From Azolla caroliniana (Eukaryota; Plantae; Polypodiophyta), in contig JBHGNT010000006.1 in assembly GCA_043228905.1 (NCBI GenBank), positions 16,244,001-16,308,000 of the forward strand: DNA of 64,000 bases, in the 5' to 3' direction. A program made the translations under genes and the position numbers. Of the stretch, positions 35,363 through 48,005 are shown piece after piece. The notes beneath the pieces were generated by a model. It was not told the origin of the DNA and made no database searches. It saw only the letters and a program-made list of their open reading frames with translations. How positions within the stretch are numbered: the stretch's first letter is position 1; each line of letters starts with the position of its first letter.

Positions 35363-35402
35363 TGTAAACGTGAGTGTTTGCGGAAGCGTAAAACAGAGAA
35401 CA

Positions 35403-35441
<39 letters not shown>

Positions 35442-38400
35442 TAGAGAGCAGAACACAATTTCAAAATTATATCAAGACTCTATCTCACTACACACTGTGC
35501 TAAGTAGCACTATTTATACAAGTCCGCTTGGGACTGACAGAAGTACCATGTACTTCAATGCTCACACGAGCATTTGACACTTACTACGAGACTATAGATA
35601 CCTAGTAGTCTATCCTATTCTAGGCTTCCGATTGTACTGCCGGTTACGGATTGCACCCGGCCTCGACTGCTTGCCGGTTCGGTTGCTCACTGTCATACCG
35701 ATCCGTTTCGCCCGATCCGTCTCGCTTACCGGCCCCGGCTTATTCAGCCGATCCGGCTCCGGTTGAGCTTGCCGCTCAACACTCCCCCTCAAGCTCAACC
35801 TGAGGTGGGGTCATAGTGTCGACCTCTGTGGCAGTCGGTTCTTTCAACCGACTTCTCCTTCCGTCACTCCGCCTTGCTCGCGCTCCTCGTCCGGTCCGGA
35901 CCCGTTTGCCGTGACCCCTTTGGTTCTGCGTGCCTCGACCCTCTCGGTCGGCATGTCTGCTCAATAGGCCCATCTTAGCAGTCACGTTGTTGTGACTCCG
36001 GCGCTTGCCGATCCGTCGGTTCTCCAACGATGGCATCGACTTCTGCTGTGTCCGTGTCCCCATGGCCTTCAGTCGATCCGACTCATCCAGATCCATCTGT
36101 TGATCCGAGTCAGTTGTCTCTGACTCGTTCCAGCTCTTGTCCAAATCGGTACACTCCGATTCGACTTCCGGTTTCAGGCCTCTCACCACATCGAACCACT
36201 TCTGTGTCTTGGCCTTCTCCATGCTTCCCTCGGCTTCTTCAGCCGGTGAACCGAAATCGAATTCTTCATTCGACTCCGCATCATGGTCAGTACCGTCGTG
36301 ATGACCTCCGCACAGCATGCGCTTCTTTTCCTGAGTGCACAACTCTTCTTCACAGCCGCTTGCTCCGACCTGTTCGGATGTGTCGACTTCCTTCGTCGAC
36401 TCGACTTCCTTCATCTTCTTGTCTCCTCTTCTTCCAGCTCTCCTCTTACCGACGGGTTCAACAATTTTTTTGCCTTTGCCAGTTTCGGTAGAGACTTTGC
36501 CCTTGCTTCTCTCCCTCAAGTGCGGCACGTCGAGATGCTGAATACCAAGCATGTCGGTAAAGTGCTGCAACTTGTCTGATCCGAGCGGCTTGGTGAAGAT
36601 GTCGGCAACTTGCTGATCCGTATGAACATACCGTAGGTCAACTTCACCGCTCAGGACCCGCTCACGCATGAAGTGGTAGTGCACCTCGATGTGCTTTGTG
36701 CGAGCATGGAACACAGGGTTCTTAGCGAGCTACAGGCTGCTCATGTTATCGCAGTAAATCGGGATCGGGGTCGGCACTTCGATCCGCAAGTCTCGCAGCA
36801 GTCGCCGAAACCAGATGGCTTCACAAGTGGCAACGGTAGCGGCCCGGTACTCAGCCTCAGTGCTTGACAAAGCCACTGTGGGTTGCTTCTTGCTGCTCCA
36901 CGCAACGGCCGCGCTACCTATGGAGAACATGTATCCAGAAGTGGAGCGGCGATCAGACGCATCGCTGGCCCAGTCAACATCTGTGTAACCGACAAGCTCT
37001 TCGGGTATACCTCGCCGGTATAGCAGTCCCCAGTCCTTAGTGCCGCTGACATACCGTAATATTCGTTGCGCGCACTGAAGGTGCTCCACGGTCGGCTTCT
37101 GCATGAACTGACTTACCATGCCGACCGGATAGCTGATGTCGGGTCGGGTGATGGTTAAGTAGATCAAGCTTCCCACAACCTTTCGGAACCGGTTCTCATT
37201 GCAGGCCGGTCCGGAGTTGGGACGGAGCTTCTGGTTCCGGTCCAGGGGTGTGGACACAGGTCGGCAATCCGTCATGCCGAACTTATACAGCATATTCAAC
37301 ACGTAATGTCGTTGTGAGAGCAATATGCCGTCGGGGGTCCGAATCACTTCGATCCCAAGAAAATAATGAAGGTCCCCCAGGTCCTTCATTTCGAATGCGT
37401 CCGACAATTGGGACTTGATGCGGTTGATTTCGGGAAGACCCGGTCCGGTGATGACTAAATCATCAACATACAAGAGTATACATACCGGACTGTCAGAGCC
37501 TTGCCGGATGAATAACGAAGAGTCCGACTTAGAGACAGCAAACCCCAGCTTACGCAACCGGTGCGTGATCTTCGCGTTCCAAGCTCGGGGGGCTTGCTTC
37601 AAGCTGTAAAGCGACTTCTTCAGTCGGCATACCGCCGACTTGTTCATGTCCGATTGAAATCTGGGGGACTGAGTCATAAAGACTTCTTCTTCAAGCTCTC
37701 CTTGAAGGAAGGCGTTCTTCACATCCATCTGGTGAAGATGCCACCCCCTTGCTGCAGCAACCGCCAGTACCACACGAACCGTCATCATCTTCGCCACAGG
37801 AGCGAAGGTCTCGTCGTAGTCGATTCCGTGGGTCTGCGTGTATCCCTTCGCCACTAACCGGGCTTTGTACCGGTTAACAGAACCGTCGGCGTTGTACTTG
37901 ACCTTGTACACCCACTTGCATCCGATCGATTTACAGTGATGGGGAGGATCAACTAGGTCCCAAGTTTCGTTGGCATCGAGTGCCCGCATTTCTTCGTCCA
38001 TAGCGGCACGCCAATTTGCGTCCTTTGCCGCTTCTACATAGCTCTCCGGCTCGCGCACTTCTGTCACCTTAGTCATGTATGCATTATGATGCGCCATGTA
38101 TTCATTGTACCCGTACCGGACGACGGGATCCTTCTGACGGGTTGATCGGCGCAACACAGCGTCACCTGATTTGAGGCCCTTCTTGGCCAGTTCGGTCTTC
38201 GATGCCGAAGATCTGCCTTTCTCCTTTTCGGAGTCGGATACGCACCGATCCGACTTATCGTTGCCGGTTTCAAATTCCGGCATCTTCCTCTTCCCCTTCT
38301 CTTTGCGCGTGAACCGTTTCCTTGGTTCCTTGCGCGGGGAGAGCACGACAGAGTCTCCACCACTTGCCGTCTCTTCATCTGACTGGTCCAACCGACTCAA

Positions 38401-40957
38401 TCGCTCGTTCGGTCCACTCAACCGCAACGATTCCGGACTCTCATCTTGAGTCCCGGCTTCATCATCCTCTTCCAAAGCTGATTCAGGCTCACTGGCCTGA
38501 TCTTCCGACATTGGGTCGGGATCGGAAGTCGGAGTCGGTACGGAGTACCAGGATGCCGATTCATCGAACTTGACATCCCGGCTAACTCGGACTTCCCTCG
38601 TCCGGGGGTTATAGCACTTATACCCCTTTTGCTCTTGAGCATAGCCGACTAGGATGCATTTTTCCGATTTTGCATCCAGCTTCCTCCGCTTCTGATCCGG
38701 CACATGCACATACGCTATGCTGCTGAATATCCGAAGGTGTCTTAAGTTCGGCTTGCGCCCGAAATACCGCTCATGAGCTAACACCTTGTCACCAATGCGG
38801 TTTTGTATGTAGACGGCCGTCTGGACCGCCTCCGCCCAGTAGAACCGGGGCATGCTCTTCTCCTCCAGCATGGTCCTTGCCGCTTCGACGAGTGTCCGGT
38901 TCTTCCTTTCGTCCACATCGTTTTGCTCCGGTGTGTATCTGCAGCTGAACTCTCGCCGAATTCCCTTCTGCTGCAGATAACTAGTGAATTGGCTGGAAAA
39001 ATCTTCCTTTCCGCCATCCGACCGAAGGCATTTGATCTTCCTCTCCGATTCCCGTTCCACCATCTTTTGGAGGCTCCGGAAATAGTCGAAGACTTCGCTC
39101 TTCCGCTCAATGAGGTAGATCCAAGTATGTCGAGTATAGTCGTCAATGAAGGAGATGAAGTATCAGCTCCCGCCAAGACTTACACTTTGTGCCGGTCCCC
39201 ACACATCCGAATGGATGAGATCGAGCTTGTTACGGCTCCGGTTCGGTTCGGTGGGGAATGGAAACCGGTGTTGCTTCCCAAGTTGGTAGGCTTCACAAAT
39301 TTCGGCTCTCCGGCCGCTGAACTTTGGCAAACCGAAAATGACTTGTTTCGTTTGCAGGTCTTGAAGCCTCCGGCAGTTAACGTGGCCTATCCGCTTGTGC
39401 CATACGTCGATGTCCGACTCGACCTTCTATCGGTTCGCGAACAGAGCGGTGCCAGTGTCATTGGTGTTGAGGATAAACATCCTCCCGTCTCTGCGCCCTT
39501 GCGCAATGACTTCGCCCTCATCCTCAATGAAGCACCCGAGGTGCGTAAACCGCACCTGCATCCCCTGGTCGACAATCTGACCGACGGACACTAGGTTCTT
39601 CGTGATCGTCGGAACGTGTAATACGTTCATCAGCTTCCCTTTCTGTCCGACATGGCTTAGAGGGACTTCTCTGACGTGCACGATTGGGTGTGGAGTGTCG
39701 TCTCCGGTTTCGACTACTCCTGGTTGATCCGGTTTCTCCAGAAAGGAGAACCACTCTTTGTGGCTCGTCATGTGGTTCGACGCGCCGGAATCAACATACC
39801 ACACTTCCTCCGTTTTGGAAGTGGTCTTCTTCATTGAGTTTGCCTTGTGATTCATCACCAAGGCTGGCCCCTTACCGGCCTTTCCGGTTCCGGATCCTCC
39901 TGATCCGTTTGCGTAGTGCGAGTTTTGCCGACCATCCTTACCGGTCTTGCCGGATCCGGATTTGTCCGAATCGGCACGCTTTCTCCAGCACTCGCTTTCC
40001 CTGTGGCCTTTTTTGCCACAGTACCAACATTCCGTAGCGGATTTGTCTTGCCGGCCTCCGGCACCGCCTTGACTCCCCCTGCTTGTGGAAGTCCCGGAAC
40101 TGCTGTCGGCACACTCATAGTGCCTCCGTTCCTACTCTTGCCGGCCGCCTCCATTGCATGCCGACCCACCTCTTCCACCACACCCACGGAACCGATCCGT
40201 TCCCGTGTACAGCATTCGGCTGTCCGGGGATGCACCGGTAGATGCACCGGTGTGGTTCTCCTCTATAAGGAGCATCGACTGTAAGTCGAAGAATGAGGGG
40301 GTATTCTCCCTTGTACACACCGCAGTCCGGAACGCTCCGAACTTGGACGCCAGGCCTCCGAGACATACCTGCACCATCTCGTCTTCCTCTACGATAACAT
40401 TGATAAAGGCGAGCGAGTCGCAGATCTCCTTTATCCGGCCCATGTAGTCTGCCACAGACATGTTCTTCTGTCGAACATTGCTCAACTCCTGTCTGAGTTG
40501 CAGCTTCCGGGCAGTGGTGCTTGCGGCGAAAACCTTTTTCAGGTTCCCCCAAGCATCCTTCGGTGTCTTGGCGTCACGGATGTGGCTGAGCAGCTGATCG
40601 CCGACACTGGACGCGAAGCAGTACATCACCTTGCTTGCCGCCTGTTCCCATACAGGGAAGTCCTTGTGTGCCGAGTCGGGCGCCGCATCATTCGCTCCTT
40701 CGACATAACTCCAGTACCCGTGTCCAAGCAGGTACTAGTGCATCTTGTAAGACCAGGATGCGTAGTTGCTCCTGTCGAGCTTTTCCACCGGGAGCGTCGT
40801 AGCCATGCCTTTATCCATGTCTTCTACTGTGTCTGTTTTCGACCTGTTAGGTTTTTCTTCTCAAGAGTAAATGTCTGCAGCAGAGGTTCTCAACCCTCGT
40901 GCTCTGATACCATGTAAACGTGAGTGTTTGCAGAAGCGTAAAACAGAGAACAACACA

Positions 40958-40993
<36 letters not shown>

Positions 40994-41335
40994 CAGAGAG
41001 AGCAGAACACAATTTCAAAATTATATCAAGACTCTATCTCACTACACACTGTGCTAAGTAGCACTATTTATACAAGTCCTCTTGGGACTGACAGAAGTAC
41101 CATGTACTTCAATGCTCACACGAGCATCTGACACTTACTACGAGACTATAGATACCTAGTAGTCTATCCTATTCTAGGCTTCCGATTGTACTATCGGTTA
41201 CGGATTGCACCCGGCCTCCACTGCTTGCCGGTTCGGTTGCTCACTGTCATACCGATCTGTTTCGCCCGATCCGTCTCGCTTACCGGCCCCGGCTTATTCA
41301 GCCGATCCGGCTCCGGTTGAGCTTGCCGCTCAACA
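35363..41335 (-). mobile_element. Ty1/Copia element E (full length, several stops)
   Basis: LTRs 35363..35781 and 40913..41335, TSD ATTTT, Met PBS 40901-40912, PPT 35782-35790. Confidence 0.96.
35776..40818 (-). pseudogene. E gag-pol with a charged extension of about 240 aa after RNase H
   Basis: 777-aa INT/RT/RH ORF 36730..39063; ORF 35776..36714 ends VELEGEC on the PPT. Confidence 0.93.
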
Positions 41336-41340
41336 ATTTT

Positions 41341-41623
41341 GCTGTTGAAACCCGTGGATACTCCCTTGAAGCCCGTCGGTTGCCACCCGGTTGAAGGATG
41401 TCACTTGTAGTCCTTCCGAAATCTGGCACCGGAGCATCTTTGCCTTGTAGTCCTGCAAATATCGCGACACATCCTTACCATTGAATTGCCCGTTGCGTTG
41501 CACGAGCCGCTCTACTACTGCCGAAATCTCCGACATCGCGCGTTGTTCTTGTAGCATCCGCTCGAACATCGCCATCATATTGTTAGCTTGTTGAATCTCC
41601 ATATCCTCGCCACCCGTATTCAC
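41341..41623 (-). pseudogene. B gag N-terminus
   Basis: MEIQQANNMMAMFERM…FNGKDVSRYL, directly after the PBS. Confidence 0.8.
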
Positions 41624-41636
41624 ATCGGGTTCACCA
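41618..41636 (-). promoter_or_regulatory. B primer binding site, tRNA-Trp type
   Basis: TGGTGAACCCGATGTGAAT, complementary with one mismatch to the recalled plant tRNA-Trp 3' end ATTCACGTCGGGTTCACCA. Confidence 0.8.
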
Positions 41637-41640
41637 CTTG

Positions 41641-42442
41641 TGTCGTGCCTCTCGGCGCTGGATCGTTACGTGAGTCGGGTGGGAACCGTTGGGGTTTTGG
41701 ACTAGGAGAAAGGAGATCGTGAGATAGAGATTAATTATGAGTAGATAGCAAAGAGAAAGATAAGAAACTTGTGAATCACACGAGTATACTATATTAATTG
41801 GTACTTAGGTTGTTAAGGAAGAAGTAGATGCATAAATCGTGAATCCCACGAATAATTTTTATATTGATCAATACTTAATCCAAAAAAAAAAAACCAACCC
41901 GTATACATCTTTCTCTCCTCCTTATATAAGGACGGAAGAGGCTAAGCATAGCTTCTTGCTTTTCTAAAGTGTTCATGCCCTCTAAATGTGCATGCTTGAC
42001 TTTTCCCACTACGATTTCCTAAATTTAGCATTCATGCCCGCTAGATGTGCATGCGTAATTTTTATTAGTGTACATATAAATAAAGTTTTCACGCATTCTA
42101 AAAAATGCATGACTTACCTTTTAATAAAGGTTTTATATGTATTAAATCTATATTTGAAACACTCAGAATAAGTTAATATAATGGTAAAGTTGGAGTTTGT
42201 CTACGTGGAGGTGCAAGGTTCGAATCTTGTCCTATGCATGTAACAGAAATTTTAATGTTTCTTTTATTTACAATTGTGTCTCTTCATCCCGTAAGAGACT
42301 CTCACCGGCCTTCTTCATCCGGCTCTTCCTTGCCGATTCCTCCTTGCCGGTTCCTCTTCGTCTGGTTCTCACCGGGTATTTCATTCTCTATCCGGATGAA
42401 CAAAATGCAATTTCCACGTAGTCTGTGAATTACACTACGACA
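41641..42442 (-). repeat. B 5' LTR
   Basis: Homologous to 11596..12411. Confidence 0.95.
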
Positions 42443-42649
42443 ACGCAGAAGGAAGGGTAGCCGAAGAAGCGCCAACACCGCCACAACAATGGAGTTGAGA
42501 AGGGCCGCATGAGCACGCAAGCCGACCAGAAGGGTCGAGGCATGCAGATTCAAACAGGTCGAGGAGCGCGAGCAAGGCGTGAAGCCAGAAGGAACCGGAG
42601 CGTAGATCCAGAAGAGCGGATGGAACCTCAAGTTGAGCTTGAGGGGGAG

Positions 42650-43110
42650 TGTTGAGATACAAGCTCAACATTGGCCGGATCGGCTCTACAAGCTGAGAAC
42701 CGGATTGGTTGGGACCGATCGACTAGGCCGAACCGGTGTGTAATCGGGTGCGTAAACTATTACGCAAACCAGTACGCAACGAGAAGTTGTAGCAGTGCGT
42801 AAACTGTGAGGCTGTTGGAAAGATATTCCGCGTAGGAATATATTTTGGGAGTTAGTGTAGAGCTCACTTATGAGCATTGAAGTGCGTGTTAATACTTCTG
42901 TCAGTCTGTATGGACTTGTATGAAAGTGCTCACTGAGCACATCCTATGTACAGACTGAGTATTATTTTTGAATTGAGTTTTGTGTGCATTCTCTCTCTCT
43001 CTCTCTCTCTGTGCCTGTCTCTCCAGCGTACTATGTTTATTCAAGCTCTCCATTAAACCTACATTTCTGTGTTTGGTTTTCTATTGCTTCCACTCGCTAT
43101 TCTTTTTACA
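42650..43110 (+). repeat. A 3' LTR; PPT GAGGGGGAG at 42641-42649
   Basis: Followed by TSD ATCCT; visibly more diverged from its partner than the LTR pairs of the inner elements. Confidence 0.95.
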
Positions 43111-43115
43111 ATCCT

Positions 43116-44773
43116 CAGGTACCACCGAGATTTGGTTGTACCCCGACAACCCGTCTATGAACCTATAAGCTTCAGCTCCCGCGATTCTTTCGAGTAGATG
43201 GTCGATGTAGGGTACCGGGTAGTTGTCCTTGATGGTGGGTTCATTGACTTGGCAGTAGTCGACACATATGCGGATTTGGCCATTTTTCTTCGGGACAACT
43301 ACAATCGGAGAGACCCAAGTGGTTCGCTCGATCGAGTAGATGATGCTTGCAGCTAACATTTTGTTGATTTCGGCTTTCACTTGTTGGGCGTAGTTAGGGT
43401 TCATTGGGACGCGGCCTTTGTCGGATTGGGCGGGCGTCGGATCGCATGGGGATACTATGGGTGACGACCTCAGCCGGGACCCCTTTCATGTCTACGTACG
43501 ACCATGCGAACACGTCGCTAAATTTTGTGAGGAGGGTGATCAAGGACGTCTCCTCATCCGACTGGAGATCTGTGGCTATGAACACTGGTTTGGAGTCCAT
43601 CCCCTTCCAGAGGTTGATTTCTTTCACCCTCGCCAGTCCATCGCATACCTCACCTAGGCTTTGAGGCATGAGTTGTGATCTCTTACAAGCCACTGCCCGA
43701 TTCTCTTGTTCATAAAGTTGTAATTGCTCTGGGACGTCCACTTCTGTCGAGGTCTTCTGAGTGGTCGCAACTTCATCTTAACATGCGACTCGTTGTGCTA
43801 GGTCTTCGTCTTTTACGTCTACTTGTTTTCGATGGGGTACAAGGGTGGTGACGTTAAAGCAAGAGATCGTGTCTCCATCCTCATGGCAACACTTTGTACC
43901 AATAGGGTACATTACGTCGGTCGTGGCGAGAGCGTGTACCCAATTCATCTATGACGTCTCGGAAGCTATGGATTGGTCTTCTCTCTCTTGCATTCTCCAC
44001 TTTGGAATTGGCGAAATTTTGAAGGAACGGTTGGCCTCTGGCCAAGATCTGAACTGTTTTTGTGGAGTTGCACGCTAGAAGGTTGGTCTCAAACTCGGTG
44101 GTTTCTGACCAATCGTCCACGAGAGGGTTGCCTTCTTGTTCATGCACTTTTTGTGTGTATGCTTTGATGCAGAAGGTTTTGTTGTTTTTACCCATATAGA
44201 TTGTATCATTCCCAAAATCCATTACCAGGCGGCTTATACGTAGGAATGGTCTTCCTAGTAAGCACTCGTAGGCAACATGGTTTGATGATATTGTGACGAT
44301 GAAGGTGAGATTGAACTCGACTCCGTGGATAGTGAAGTGATATACGGGGATCATGCCTTCCGACCTTTGGATGGACCCATCTGCCATTCATGCATTTTTG
44401 GGCTCCCCCACTTACACCAACATTCATAGCTGACGAGACTTACCCTTGCTTCGGTGTCAATGATTGCATCACACGTTGTACCATTGACGTAGACCGGTAG
44501 AGCGAAACGAGTATCGTCGCTCTCGAAGTGATCTTCGAGTATATCGATTGGTGGTCCTTCGGTTTGCTTGAGGACTGTGGACGTATGAGGAATGTGGGTG
44601 TGTATCTTTTCTCCATAACCTACTGATAGGCTACCATTGAGGCGGCGGAGGACGTCGTGCCATGGTTGGATGTCGAGCTTGAGTAGTTCTTGAAGCGAGA
44701 ACTCTATTTCCTTGGCAAGTAGACATCGTAGTAGGGGGTTGTTGGCTACGAAGGTGCCAGTGTAGCTCTGCAC
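43116..44773 (-). pseudogene. G1 canonical protease and RT N-terminal half
   Basis: AIIDTEARVSLVS, CLLGRPFL, VFAWSYVDMKG, VVVPKKNGQIRICVDY. Confidence 0.88.
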
Positions 44774-45336
44774 TTCGCGTAATGTGAGTCATAATCTTAA
44801 ATTTAAGATTTGCTGGAGCAGGGCTGTGTTGACCTCTTTGGTCGGGGTAGGATGGCAGGTGGGGGTGTCGATTGATGTGACAATGAGGGGAGGTGTATCC
44901 ATGTGTTGGGGTGGGGGGTTTACCCATTCTTCGAGTTCGTCAAAGTTTAAGCTTGGGAGACTAAGCTATTTTTCAAACTGTTTGTGGTGTATGAGTTTAA
45001 TGTATTCTTCGACCTTTTGTTTCTCAGCTACTGGGTTTGGGTATGCCGCTAGGTGTGCCAGTAGCTCTTGGTTAGGGTTGACGGGTATTGTTTCTATGTC
45101 TCCCTCCGGTTCTTGATCTTGTTTTGAGGCCTGCGTGGATGTATTTTTTCTGGATTTTCGTTTCTTACGCGTAGCCACGGGGAGACTTTGAACTTGGTAT
45201 TTTAAATTGTGAGCTATGCGATGGGCTCGTGTGATGACGTTGGCGCCAATCGTGGATGGTACGATGGACAACAGATTTGCATTGATCCTACAGGTACTAA
45301 GTGCTCTTTACCACACCCTAGGCATGATGCTTCTCT

Positions 45337-47096
45337 TTAGAACCATTCGATAAGGTCCTGCGACTGTTGAGTGAGACTTTGTGCCGGTGGTTGTGGGTGG
45401 CGTGGTCGTTGTGCCATCCGGTTGTAGTATTCGTATTTGGTTGGGCACTCGCTAGCCATATGTGGGCCTTGGTAGTTGAAACATTTCAATTCTGACCTCC
45501 TTAGACCATTATTATTGTGATATCCCATTGAGGGCTCCCGTTGTTCCCCTCTCACGACGTACACTGGTATTTGGTCACCTTCGAAGTCCACGAAGTGGGA
45601 CAACACCTCTTCTTCAACACCATACTCTTGGTACGAGTCTTCGTATTCGGGAGTGCTCATCCTGACCTGGGTTTGGCTATCAGTGGTATATTCTAGTTCG
45701 GTGAGGCGAGCGCCGATGCGTGGTAGTGGAGGTTGTTGGGGGAGTATCGCTAGTAGTTGTGGGTGGCTACGTGGTGGAGGTGAGCGTGGGTGCTCCACCA
45801 TTGGTGTTTGGTTGTACCTTCCGGTGGGCGCTTGCCAGCAGTTCTCTTGAGGATGCATCACGAAAGCTTTGCACCACTTACAATATTGCGGTCATCATTG
45901 GTGGAGGGGACACTCATGCCTTGTGTGGTGGGCATGGCATACCGTGCACCTTACATTTTCTCTTTGGGCGTATGCATGGGGTCTTTCTATACGGGGTGGT
46001 CTCAGTGGTGTGGGTGGAGTGGGGGTGAGGTCCGAGGGTTTCTCGCGGTTGTTCGTGGGCGCTTGAGTGGGTATCCGTAACCTGCTCATTGAATCTTCAA
46101 AGGTCATCACTACTGTGCAGGCTTCAGCGAACGACCGACACATCCTGGAAATTAGGAAATTTTGGAGTGTCAGATCGAACAACCCATTGATGAAATGGCT
46201 CATCAATTTTTCATCCGACATCTTGTCGCTCGGGCTACAATGATGGTGCAAGATTTTCGTGCGACGTATGTAATCCCTGACCATTTTGTTTGCTTCTTCC
46301 TTGAGGGTGAAAAGTTGGTCAATCGGGTTCCATTTATTCCCTCGACGAGCGAAGTTTATCAAGAAATCTTCGATGACATACTCGAAATCCACGACGATGT
46401 ATTCATTCAAGGTTCGAAACCAAATTCTGGCTTGGTCATCAAGTGTAAGCCCAAATGTAGCTACCTTGGTGATCTTTGTGAGGGTTTCATAAGCGCAACA
46501 AATCTGTTTGACCCTCTCGACATGATCATAGGCATCACCGAAATTGAGAAAACGGGGTACTAGTTTAGAAATGGAAGCACTCTTCCCACTGTCATTTGTG
46601 AGGTTTCGCGGATGGTCTATGGGTGTTCGCTCTTTTTCCATCAATGCTACGAGAGTTTGGATGGATTGTAGCGCTAGTGCAAGTTTGGTGTTTGGGGGTG
46701 TAGGGGTCGTACCCATGCGTGGTGATGTCGGGTGTCATTGTGTGTGGGCTTCTTTTGGACTATCGTCCGTTGTGCTCGAATGTGGTACGGGGCTGTGCTC
46801 ATGGCCTCGACGGTGCATGTGTGACGATGTTTCTAGGAGGTGAACTGTTTGTTGCACTCGTGCAAATCTATCTTTCCTTTCCGCCAAAGCGGCTTCGATA
46901 TCTCGAGTGATGCTTTCCGGTTGTCCTCCTTTCGCGAGTTGTACCTCCATATATTGATTTCATGTTCTATCACCTGTAACTCCTGCGCGGCGTCTCGTAT
47001 GTGTCGCTCGACGCTGAGTGGGTCTACCATTGGGCTCTCCTGTAGTAGGGGCGTGTTGAGAGGTACTTTAGTTCCTGGGCTATATGGGAGACTCAT
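45337..47096 (-). pseudogene. G1 gag
   Basis: FGLTLDDQARIWF, HFINGL, CTVCHAHHTRHEC, CFNYQGPHMASEC. Confidence 0.85.
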
Positions 47097-47265
47097 GTTT
47101 GGTAGCGTCCCCAGAGTTAGCCACCCTCCGTGGTACCTACTCGGGTTAGGTGGGTCAGCATCGTGTATTTGGTTGGTTTGGGTGGACTCCTCCTAGCATG
47201 TGGGTCGGGTTTTGAACATCTCTGTCCATGAGGATCCGGCCATGTTTTCTGGTCAAGCTTTTGCT

Positions 47266-47602
47266 GGTTCGTCGAACCTTGATCTTCGTCGCGGGACGTG
47301 GGTTCTTCGAACTTTGATCTTTCGTCGAAGGATGTGGGTTCGTCGAACTTTGATCTTTCGTCAAAGCATGTGGGTTCGTCGAACTTTGATCTTTCGTCGA
47401 AGCATGTGGGTTTGTCGAACTTTGATCTTGCATCGAAGGATATGGGTTCGTCGAACTTTGATCTTTTGTCAAAGGATATAGGTTCGTCGAAGGATGTGGG
47501 TTCGTCGAACTTTGACCTTTCGTCGAAGGATGTGGGTTCATCGAACCTTGATCTTTCGTCGAAGGATGCTTCCCTATCGAACTCTGATCTTTCGACGAAC
47601 TT
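47266..47602. repeat. 36-bp tandem repeat (about 9 copies) in the G1 5' leader
   Basis: Unit GATGTGGGTTCGTCGAACTTTGATCTTTCGTCGAAG, containing two TTCGTCGAA cores. Confidence 0.92.
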
Positions 47603-47980
47603 TGCATGGGAAATTTGAATTTTTTGGCGCCAACGGTCGTTTCGTGTCCTGTAGGATGATGGTAATCTGTGAGAATCGCGGTGGTTATGTTTGCCCTGCA
47701 ACGGCTAAATCTCAACAATGCTTAGCATTAACTGAACGAATAGCTTGTTAATGTCCGGGCGATTAAGGAAGGGTAATTTAAAACTTTTTTTAAAAGCAGA
47801 AAATTAACTTAGTGAAAATGTGAAATAGTTAGTATTTTAAAAATAGAAAATTAACTTAATTAAACTATGAAATAGTGAGAGAAAAACAGAAAATAGTGGT
47901 TCCCTTTCGATTTCTTCCTTCGTTAAGTGGGTTGCCTACGAGTTTTTGGCTACTCAAAATAGGCTTCAAGCGTCGATCGT

Positions 47981-47999
47981 ATCCCCGGTAGTGGTGCCA
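47981..47999 (-). promoter_or_regulatory. G1 primer binding site, decayed tRNA-Asp type
   Basis: TGGCACCACTACCGGGGAT versus the Athila-type TGGCGCCGTTGCCGGGGAT (transition differences only). Confidence 0.7.
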
Positions 48000-48005
48000 A
48001 ATAGA

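Larger units (their letters stand above)
11596..42442 (-). mobile_element. Ty3/Gypsy element B (non-chromovirus, fungal/Selgy-like motifs)
   Basis: LTRs TGTCGT…ACGACA, 4-bp TSD ACGC (11592-11595 and 42443-42446), gag-PR / RT-RH-INT. Confidence 0.93.
6980..43110 (+). mobile_element. Ty1/Copia element A (degenerate; same family group as E, F, G, H, I)
   Basis: LTRs TGTTGAGATAC…TACA at both ends, TSD ATCCT (6975-6979 and 43111-43115), Met PBS, PPT, and PR-INT-RT-RH order. Confidence 0.95.

Noticed and set aside
47625-47636. TGGCGCCAACGG as a PBS
   Set aside because: Not adjacent to an LTR end, wrong strand for G1, short match.
47117-47718. Repeat-rich 187-194 aa ORFs as real proteins
   Set aside because: They are open in several frames on both strands because the 36-bp unit lacks stops; there is no independent coding evidence.
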